Source: Vulcanimicrobiota bacterium (GTDB lineage Bacteria > Vulcanimicrobiota > Vulcanimicrobiia > Vulcanimicrobiales > Vulcanimicrobiaceae). From it: 64,000 bases of DNA. The position numbers and the translations under genes are program-made. Of this stretch, positions 56,943 to 64,000 are shown one piece after another. Below the pieces are notes generated by a model. The model did no database searches. It worked only from the letters and a program-made list of their open reading frames with translations, and was not told the origin of the DNA. Location of the stretch: assembly GCA_963833095.1 (NCBI GenBank), contig CAWHWQ010000001.1, positions 736,001 through 800,000 of the forward strand, given 5' to 3'. Position 1 is the stretch's first letter; every line of letters starts with the position of its first letter.

Positions 56943-57474
56943 ACCGCTGCTGGACCGCTACGTCGAAGGAACGCTGACGCCTCCTGAGATGGCGCGCGTG
57001 ACAGCGCATCTGCGTATCTGCGCGCACTGCGAATCGCTCTTGACCGAATTGCGCGTGGTTGACGCGCTGCTTGCAACCACGGCAACAGTGGAGCTTGCGC
57101 CCAACTTCACCTTCGCGCTCATGGCCGAAGCACGTACCACACCTGTCCACATTCATCGCAAACTTTCGCTGTGGGCTGTGTTGGCGTTTTACATCATCGG
57201 CGTATGGATCGCGCTCAGCGGCGTGTACGCATTTTTGGGCGGGCGCATCCCCCATCTCGCGTCGACCGGGCGCGCGCTCGCACATAGCGGCTCGCAAGGC
57301 CTCGCCGCCCTTTCCGCCACGGCGCAGAGTGTCAGCCCGGCAACGCCGGTGGTGCTCGTCGGCGTCATCGGCGTCTTGCTGCTTGACGCCTTGCTTGTTT
57401 TCGGCGCCATTGTACTGTACCGGTCCGCGCGCACGCGGCTCGCTGCCCATCTCGATCGTTCGGAGGCCGTATGA
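56923..57474 (+). CDS. Zinc-binding membrane anti-sigma factor (zf-HC2)
   Basis: AGGAGG RBS then GTG; HLRICAHC (HxxxCxxC); two TM helices. Confidence 0.88.
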   Translation: MRCSSCEPLLDRYVEGTLTPPEMARVTAHLRICAHCESLLTELRVVDALLATTATVELAPNFTFALMAEARTTPVHIHRKLSLWAVLAFYIIGVWIALSGVYAFLGGRIPHLASTGRALAHSGSQGLAALSATAQSVSPATPVVLVGVIGVLLLDALLVFGAIVLYRSARTRLAAHLDRSEAV

Positions 57475-58334
57475 ACGCCCGCCACTGTGTCTGGATCCTA
57501 TCTGCGCTTGCGTTCGCGCTCAGTTTGTTTGCAATCACCAGTCCGGCTCTGGCCGATCCTACCAGCGTCGATCATGGCGGAACGTATGTCGGATCGGTTG
57601 TCGTAGAACCGGGTCAAGTGGTCGACGGCAACGTCGATGTGGTGCTCGGCGATGCAACGATCGAAGGCACGGTCAACGGTGACGTCAACGTGGTTGGCGG
57701 AAATATTTTCAATCGCGGTGGCCGCATCACGGGGCAGAAGCACGTGGTCGGCGGCTCGGTCGTCGAGAGCTTCGTGCCGTGGGCGTCAACCGGTGATGAC
57801 ATGGGCAGTTACACGCCTGACCACCATCTGTGGTGGCGGATCGCCTGGGACGCGATCGTGCTCGTCGTATTCTTGATCTTTCCGGTGCGCGCGCGCATGG
57901 CGCTCGATCGGCTCGAACAACATCCGGCGATCTCGACCTTGGCCGGTTTGTGCGGTTGGGTCGCCGCCTTCCCGATCGCCGTGCTGCTGCTGTTTACGAT
58001 TGTCCTCATCCCGCTGATTCCGGTAGAGTTCGTACTGCTCGCCGTCGCGGTATTCTTGGGCAAGGCATCGCTTGCGCTGTTGGTTGGACGCCGGTTCTAC
58101 GAGTTGCTGCAACCCAAGACCACACCCGCACCGCTGGTAGCGCTGGTCATTGGACTCGTGCTCCTCACGGCAGCCGAGCTGGTGCCGGTGCTGGGCATTA
58201 TGGTGACGCTTTTGATCATGCTCGTGGGTCTCGGTGCCGTGCTTCTGACCTTCGTTCCCGATTGGAACGTGCCGGGCACAGCCTCTGCCCCATCGCGCGC
58301 GGTCATAGGCGGACCGCCCATGCCCCTCGGCTAA
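57471..58334 (+). CDS. Membrane protein with a bactofilin-like beta-helix repeat
   Basis: VDGNVDVVLGDATIEGTVNGDVNVVGG repeats followed by several TM helices. Confidence 0.72.
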   Translation: MNARHCVWILSALAFALSLFAITSPALADPTSVDHGGTYVGSVVVEPGQVVDGNVDVVLGDATIEGTVNGDVNVVGGNIFNRGGRITGQKHVVGGSVVESFVPWASTGDDMGSYTPDHHLWWRIAWDAIVLVVFLIFPVRARMALDRLEQHPAISTLAGLCGWVAAFPIAVLLLFTIVLIPLIPVEFVLLAVAVFLGKASLALLVGRRFYELLQPKTTPAPLVALVIGLVLLTAAELVPVLGIMVTLLIMLVGLGAVLLTFVPDWNVPGTASAPSRAVIGGPPMPLG

Positions 58335-58348
58335 TATAGGCCGGTGCT

Positions 58349-59560
58349 ATGACGACCCATGTCTCACGCGGCGCGAAGTTCGCGCAGCGCACCGCTCGCC
58401 TGCGCGCGTCGACCATCCGTGAGATGCTCAAGGTCACGCAGCAGCCTGATATCATTTCCTTTGGCGGCGGCTTGCCCGCGCCCGAGCTTTTTCCGACGCG
58501 CGAAATTGCCGAATGCACCGCCGAGGTCATGGAAACGACCGGCGCGGCGGCACTGCAATACGGTGTGACCGAGGGCATTCCCGAAATGCGCACGTGGGTC
58601 GCGCAGCGGCTGACACATCGCCTGCGCGCGACCTTCGACGCGTCGGAGATTCTGATCGTCAACGGGTCACAGCAAGGGCTCGATCTGATCGGAAAAATTT
58701 TCCTCGACCCCGGCGACCACGTCGTCTGCGAGCATCCGACGTACCTTGGTGCAATTCAGGCGTTCGATGCGTACCAGGCGCGCTATCTCGCGGTTGAGAC
58801 GGACGAAGACGGTCTCGTGCCGCACTCGCTCGAGCGCGTGCTCGAACGCGCCGACCCATTTCCGAAGTTTCTCTACGTCATTCCAAACTTTCAGAATCCC
58901 ACCGGCCGCACGCTCGCAGCTGACCGCCGCGAAGCGATCGTACGCATCTGCGAGCGATTCGATCTGCCGATCGTGGAAGACGATCCCTACGGCGAACTGC
59001 GCTTCGAAGGGAGCGACCTGCCTTCGCTTTCGTCGTTTCCGACGAGCGGATGCGTGATCTACTCGGGGACCGGAAGCAAGATTTTGGCGCCGGGCCTGCG
59101 GGTCGCGTGGTTGGCCATTCCCGATCACGACGTACGTGACAAGATCGCCCTGGCAAAACAAGGTACCGATTTGCAGACCGGCTCGCTCGCGCAGTACGTC
59201 TTCCACCGCTATGTGGCCAAGGCCGAAGCCTTCGAGGCACATGTGGCGCAGATTGTCACAACCTACCGTCGCCGGCGCGATGTAATGTTCGAGGCGCTGC
59301 GCGAACACATGCCGCCACGGGTGCACTTCAATCGCCCGGCGGGTGGGATGTTCTCGTGGGCGAGCGTCGACGGAGTGGATACGATGGAACTGCTCAAGCT
59401 CTCGGCGGAGCAAAAAGTCGTCTTTGTGCCCGGCGTTAGCTTCTATCCCGAGCGCGACGTGCACGACGGCATGCGTCTGAATTTCTCGAACGCTTCCGAA
59501 GAGAAGATTCGAGAAGGCATCGGCCGCCTCGGCGCCGCAGTACGCGCCTTCAAATCTTAG
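58349..59560 (+). CDS. Class I/II PLP aminotransferase (2-aminoadipate transaminase/MocR-type domain)
   Basis: ISFGGGLP, GSQQGLD, PNFQNPTG, EDDPY, SKILAPGLR, MRLNFS. Confidence 0.92.
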   Translation: MTTHVSRGAKFAQRTARLRASTIREMLKVTQQPDIISFGGGLPAPELFPTREIAECTAEVMETTGAAALQYGVTEGIPEMRTWVAQRLTHRLRATFDASEILIVNGSQQGLDLIGKIFLDPGDHVVCEHPTYLGAIQAFDAYQARYLAVETDEDGLVPHSLERVLERADPFPKFLYVIPNFQNPTGRTLAADRREAIVRICERFDLPIVEDDPYGELRFEGSDLPSLSSFPTSGCVIYSGTGSKILAPGLRVAWLAIPDHDVRDKIALAKQGTDLQTGSLAQYVFHRYVAKAEAFEAHVAQIVTTYRRRRDVMFEALREHMPPRVHFNRPAGGMFSWASVDGVDTMELLKLSAEQKVVFVPGVSFYPERDVHDGMRLNFSNASEEKIREGIGRLGAAVRAFKS

Positions 59561-59586
59561 CTCGTTGCAACGTTAAGGAGTATCTC

Positions 59587-60018
59587 GTGGCTGCTTTCGT
59601 GACCGGTATTGCCCCCACGCAGGATGTGGACGACCTCGAAAAAATGTTGAGCTCGATGTCTGGGCTCGATCATTCGAAGTTCGTCGTGATCACGAAGGCG
59701 GACCGGACCGACGAGCACGACGATTCGTTCCTCAACTTCGTGCATGCGGCGAGCGAAGACCATCTGCTCATCAACGACCCTGGCACGAGCGTACCCGGAA
59801 TCAATACCTCACCGCCGCTCAACGACTACCTGTCGCACCCGCATGTTATTCAGCACGTCGGCAACCTGCCGATTCCCGACGACGAAGCCGACAACTACAA
59901 CGACGCGATCGAGAACGGTCGTACTGTCGTCGCCTATCCGGTCGACGGCGATCCCGGAGCGGTGACGGCGGCGTTTCGCGGCGCAGGACTTCTGCACGTC
60001 AAGACATTTAAGGGCTAA
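59587..60018 (+). CDS. Hypothetical protein
   Basis: AAGGAG RBS then GTG; IPDDEADNYNDAIENGRTVVAY resembles general-stress-protein-like folds. Confidence 0.68.
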   Translation: MAAFVTGIAPTQDVDDLEKMLSSMSGLDHSKFVVITKADRTDEHDDSFLNFVHAASEDHLLINDPGTSVPGINTSPPLNDYLSHPHVIQHVGNLPIPDDEADNYNDAIENGRTVVAYPVDGDPGAVTAAFRGAGLLHVKTFKG

Positions 60019-61564
60019 GCGTCCCCACGTTATCTCCGTCGTAGTCGCGATGCGTTAGCCACGGATTGTGGAAGTATGCAAATGGGGCGCGGTGGGTTCC
60101 ATAGGTTTGCACGGGCCGGCGTGAGGTTTGTGAACCTGTTCCGCTAGGCAAAAAACAGTAGAGCTTCCCGTCGCCGATCTCACTTGCGAAGACACCGCCA
60201 CTTACGATCACGATGCCGCCGAAAATCGGCGTCGGTGTTGAATACCACCACAGCCGTTTCCCCGTCGCGAGGTCGAACGCACCCAAGCCGTCGCAGTTCG
60301 ACGTACAATTCGGTTGTGTGTATCCAATGAAGAGCATGCCCTGCGAAATAGCGGGCGGCGAGAGCACGCCCTTCTCATAGTTCGGATCGATTCCCGTAAC
60401 GAGTGACCACACCACGTTCCCCTGCAGGTCTAACACCGCGATCCCGCCGTGAGTGGTGTCGGTGCTGAGCCCGAAGGGCACCGCGACGTACTTCCCGTCG
60501 GTCGCGATGCCGTTGAACACCATGCCATCGGGAAAGGGAGACTGCTTCCACAGCAATTGCCCGCTCGACGTGTCGAACGCGTAGAGGTAACCGTCCTTTG
60601 CGCCGTCGATCACCTCGCCGGCGACAACCACCGGCGTTGCGCCGAAATCCCAATTGTTTTCATCCATCGGACCCGGAGTATGCCAGACGATCGAGAGCGT
60701 ACCCGGGTTCATGCGCAACATGCTGTCGCCATAGGGAGCATCCGTAACGCTGCACGAGTTCCCGGTTGCCACGTACATGTTTCCGGAAGCATCGAAGACC
60801 GGCGAGCTCCACACACCTACCCCTTCCGTTTGGTTCGGTGTAAGCGTCGCAGTTGCGAGAGTCGTCGGCATGAACGGATCGAGCGCTAGGACCTGCGCGC
60901 CTCGCATGCACTCGCCCGGCTCCAGATGATTCGACGCGCCGATGAAGAGGGTTCCTCCGTAAATCACCGGCGAACCGCGATAGTGACCTCGATATTGGCC
61001 CGATTGAACCGGCCCCGAAATCAGCGGTCCCCACGCGCTTTGGGCTGGATACGAGAACACTTCTTGGCCCGTCTGCGCGCCGACGACGTAAAAGTCGCCC
61101 GTGTCGCTCGGAAAATAGACCAATCCGCCGGCGACGAGCGGAGAGGGGACGAAGCCCTCGTTCGCAGGCGGTGCAAAATTCCAAATCTGCGCGCCGGTCG
61201 CTTCGTTGATGGCGTACGCGTTGCCGCCCTGCTCGGTTCGGTATACAACGCCGCCGGAGACGGCGACCGATGAATATGATCCGACCGTACCGTTGAATTC
61301 CCACGCGGGCGCAAGCGATCCAACATTTGCCTCAGTGATCGAAGCCTGTAACGTATTATCGCCGCTCCCACTGGGGTCGTAGCGCGAAGAAGTCCAATCG
61401 CCGGCTGTGTCGCTCGAATCGACGTTTGGATTCGTCTGACCCTTCGGAGCCGCCGTCGAGGTTGGCGCATTCGGTATCGAGAGTGCCCCGCTGCTCCCAC
61501 CACCTCCGCAAGCAACAAGGAATAGCGCTACAAACACGACGCTGAGACGAAGTGACGTTCTCAT
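60008..61564 (-). CDS. PQQ-like beta-propeller lipoprotein, paralog 1
   Basis: Lipobox LVAC-GGGG; repeated A.D..TG...W blades; GVWSSP, YVATGN, WDFGATP. Confidence 0.85.
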   Translation of the reverse strand: MRTSLRLSVVFVALFLVACGGGGSSGALSIPNAPTSTAAPKGQTNPNVDSSDTAGDWTSSRYDPSGSGDNTLQASITEANVGSLAPAWEFNGTVGSYSSVAVSGGVVYRTEQGGNAYAINEATGAQIWNFAPPANEGFVPSPLVAGGLVYFPSDTGDFYVVGAQTGQEVFSYPAQSAWGPLISGPVQSGQYRGHYRGSPVIYGGTLFIGASNHLEPGECMRGAQVLALDPFMPTTLATATLTPNQTEGVGVWSSPVFDASGNMYVATGNSCSVTDAPYGDSMLRMNPGTLSIVWHTPGPMDENNWDFGATPVVVAGEVIDGAKDGYLYAFDTSSGQLLWKQSPFPDGMVFNGIATDGKYVAVPFGLSTDTTHGGIAVLDLQGNVVWSLVTGIDPNYEKGVLSPPAISQGMLFIGYTQPNCTSNCDGLGAFDLATGKRLWWYSTPTPIFGGIVIVSGGVFASEIGDGKLYCFLPSGTGSQTSRRPVQTYGTHRAPFAYFHNPWLTHRDYDGDNVGTLSP

Positions 61565-61826
61565 ATGCCTCTATGTATTAAAAGTCTATCGACGGAATCC
61601 TGAGTATGCTTGTTGTTAGGAGAAGATTTTTGGCTCAAACGAATGAGGGTTCGGCCAAAAGGATGGCCTAGCCAATGGGATCGAGCGCTTGCCTTCGCCA
61701 GAGCGGGGGATGCGCTTGTGGGGCGCGACGTCCACGGCGGCCTACGCGGGAATTTCTCGAATGATTGGGGAGATGAACCTTAAAGACTATTCGTGGCCGC
61801 TTGCGCGAGCGGTATTGCCTCTAGGG

Positions 61827-63371
61827 CTAACGCACTGCGCCCGCAGTATTATCTCCGTCATATTCGCGGTGGCCCATCCACGGATTGTGGTAATATGCGC
61901 TGCCTCCTACGTGCGTCCCATAGGTCATCAATTCTCGTAGTTGCGATTGTGGACTCGTCGACGGACTGAATCGGTAAAGCGTCGGGTTGCCGTACTCGCC
62001 GGCGAACACGCCGCCCTGAACGACAACGATTCCACCGAAGATCGGCGTCGGGGTGGAATACCACCACAGCTGGTTTCCGGTCGCAAGGTCGAAGGCACCG
62101 AGTCCGTCGCAGCTCGCGCTGCAATTCGGTTTCGTGTAGCCGAAAAAGAGCATACCTTGCGAGATTGCCGGTGCCGAAAGTATGCCGTCGGTCGGATATG
62201 CCGAATCGGTGCCAGTAACAAGCGACCACACGATGTTGCCATGCAAATCCAGCACCGCGATTCCGCCGTGCAAACGGTCGGTACTGATCCGGTACGGCAC
62301 CACGATATACCGCCCGTCGGTCGCCAAAGCGCCGAATACGCTGCCGCCTGGGAACGGCGATTCTTTCCAGAGCAGTTGGCCGCTCGACGTATCATAGGCG
62401 TAGACGGTCCCATCCTTCGCGCCATCGACCACTTCGTCGTCGACGACGACGGGTGTCGCTCCGAAATCGAGGTCGTCCGCGTCGGGCGGCCCCGGCGTCG
62501 ACCACACCACGGCAAGCGAGTTTGGATCGAGGCGAACGATACTGTCCCCGTAGGGCTCGTTCGTAACGTCACACGTATTTCCGGTCGCAACGTACATACC
62601 GCCTGACCCATCGAACACCGGCGTGCTCCAGACGCCGTCGCCGCTCATACCGTTGACCGTCAGATTCGCGGCTGCGCGGGTAGCGGGCGAAAGCGGATCG
62701 AGCGCTAAGACTTGCCCTCCTTCGATACAATTGCCCGGTTCGGACTGATTAGATGCACCAATGTAGAGCGTACCATTTGCATACACCGGCGCCGCTCGAA
62801 AGTGTGCCCGCAATTCGCTATTATTGATCGGCGGCCCCCACAGGCTCGGCGGCGGATAGCTGAATTCCAGTTGACCCGATCCACTTGAAACAGCGAAGAA
62901 ATCGCCTGTGATACTCGGGAAATACAGGCTTCCAGCGGCAACGAGGGGTGACGCAAAGAAGCCCTCGGACGAAGGGGGCGCATAGTTCCAGATTTGGGCG
63001 CCGGTCGTTTCGTTGACGGCATAGGTATTGCCGCCTAGCTCCGTGCGGTAGACGACCCCCCGGGAGATCGCCACGGAAGAGAGTGTGCCAACGGTGCCAT
63101 GAAAAATCCACACCGGTCTTAAGGCCGCAACATTTCTCTCGGTGATTGAAGTTTGCAACGGGTTGTCGCCGCTTCCGCTAGGATCATAGCGCGCGGAGGT
63201 CCAAGCTGCGGCCGTGTCGCTTGCGTCGACATTTGGATTCGGCGGGGTCGGCGTTGCGACCGCCGCCTCGGGGATCGAAGCCGCCCCGCCTCCGCCCCCG
63301 CCGCACGCTGCGAGTATAACCCCAAATATAAGGCTGCTTATAATGCTAGACAATCTCACTTTCGCTAGCAT
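61827..63371 (-). CDS. PQQ-like beta-propeller lipoprotein, paralog 2 (start 63371 or 63359)
   Basis: Lipobox LAAC-GGGG; colinear with and highly similar to paralog 1. Confidence 0.85.
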   Translation of the reverse strand: MLAKVRLSSIISSLIFGVILAACGGGGGGAASIPEAAVATPTPPNPNVDASDTAAAWTSARYDPSGSGDNPLQTSITERNVAALRPVWIFHGTVGTLSSVAISRGVVYRTELGGNTYAVNETTGAQIWNYAPPSSEGFFASPLVAAGSLYFPSITGDFFAVSSGSGQLEFSYPPPSLWGPPINNSELRAHFRAAPVYANGTLYIGASNQSEPGNCIEGGQVLALDPLSPATRAAANLTVNGMSGDGVWSTPVFDGSGGMYVATGNTCDVTNEPYGDSIVRLDPNSLAVVWSTPGPPDADDLDFGATPVVVDDEVVDGAKDGTVYAYDTSSGQLLWKESPFPGGSVFGALATDGRYIVVPYRISTDRLHGGIAVLDLHGNIVWSLVTGTDSAYPTDGILSAPAISQGMLFFGYTKPNCSASCDGLGAFDLATGNQLWWYSTPTPIFGGIVVVQGGVFAGEYGNPTLYRFSPSTSPQSQLRELMTYGTHVGGSAYYHNPWMGHREYDGDNTAGAVR

Positions 63372-63489
63372 ACGTGAAGAGTTTAATGTTGTTCCTTCTC
63401 GGCAATCTCTCAGCTTTCGGTGGGAATTTCCGGCGCAAACAGCGAGAAAGCCGACTTGCACATGTAAGATTAAGGAAATGGTGCGCCAA

Positions 63490-63505
63490 CCTTTTGTCCA
63501 AAAGG
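63490..63505. promoter_or_regulatory. Inverted repeat in the divergent promoter region (possible operator)
   Basis: CCTTTTG-TC-CAAAAGG flanked by GCGCC and GGCGC. Confidence 0.35.
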
Positions 63506-63551
63506 GGCGCTGATGCCCAAGCCTGTTTCTTCCCGCTAAGAAAGCTGATCT

Positions 63552-64000
63552 CTGACTACGCGACGTATGTTTTTGGCCGCTGCCTCCGCCGCGCTGCTTC
63601 CGAGAGGCGTTCTCGCGGATGAGCCGGTCATACATCTGGCCACCTATGCGCATATCGATGTCGCCTGGCGATGGCCTCAACAGGAGGGACTCCAGCAGAG
63701 CGATTCGACGTTTCGCTCAGTGCTTCGGGTCCTTGATGCTTTTCCACAACTGAGGTTCTCGGAGACCAGCGCCTCGTACTACGCGTGGGTCCGCATTACG
63801 GACCCCAATACATTCGCTCGCGTCGCGAGTATGGTGAAGCTAGGGCGCTGGGAGCCGATCGGGGGGTGGTGGACAGAGGCTGACGTCAACATCGTGTCGG
63901 GTGAATCGCTCATGCGCCAGGGGTGGTTCGGCCTACGCGAATTCCGAGAGCATCTCGGGACCGGCACGTCGGTCGCGTTCCTTCCAGACAGCTTCGGATC
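63552..64000 (+). CDS. GH38 alpha-mannosidase with Tat signal (partial, runs off the window)
   Basis: Not in the ORF track; translated by hand: (L)TTRRMFLAAASAALL...HIDVAWRW...GRWEPIGGWWTEADVN..SGESLMRQ...FLPDSFG. Confidence 0.85.
   Translation, partial: MTTRRMFLAAASAALLPRGVLADEPVIHLATYAHIDVAWRWPQQEGLQQSDSTFRSVLRVLDAFPQLRFSETSASYYAWVRITDPNTFARVASMVKLGRWEPIGGWWTEADVNIVSGESLMRQGWFGLREFREHLGTGTSVAFLPDSFG

Noticed and set aside
61565..61826. 262-nt spacer between the propeller paralogs as an ncRNA or small ORF
   Set aside because: No recognisable RNA motif or strong structure; ORF 61689-61940 overlaps the paralog antisense and has no support

Overview
GC-rich bacterial chromosome segment. A diderm Terrabacteria-type organism is likely, most reminiscent of Ca. 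Eremiobacterota/Vulcanimicrobiota; this is inferred from GAAC-N4-GTTC LexA boxes together with a TonB-dependent receptor and RND pump. Most of the window is core metabolism on the minus strand (rpsI-rplM, truA, lysS, greA, dusB, coaX-coaBC-panC, lexA, sucCD, acyl-CoA dehydrogenase, thiolase, gmd/rmd, kamDE, rfbCD, ECF sigma/anti-sigma). Four regions stand out. (1) 1-8010: a tightly coupled but miniaturised flagellar/T3SS operon with FliF fused to a FliG-middle-like domain, N-terminally truncated FliI, helix-only FlgB and an embedded aspartyl protease. (2) 15.7-19.9 kb: an island splitting truA from rplM, carrying a duplicated lipoprotein-tethered toxin-like gene plus three immunity-like genes; both toxin copies continue in the -1 frame. 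(3) 23.9-29.7 kb: an acyl-ACP-reductase-like + class III aminotransferase + SRPBCC + unknown dehydrogenase-like operon, a candidate fatty-amine (alkylamine lipid) pathway. (4) TGTCA-C/T-CCTGAGC REP-like repeats that bracket the SOS LysM gene, are nested at sucC-sucD and supply the sucC stop codon. No rRNA, tRNA, CRISPR array, transposase or integrase was recognised. Several single-base indels may be long-read errors. All calls are from visual motif recognition; no searches were run.
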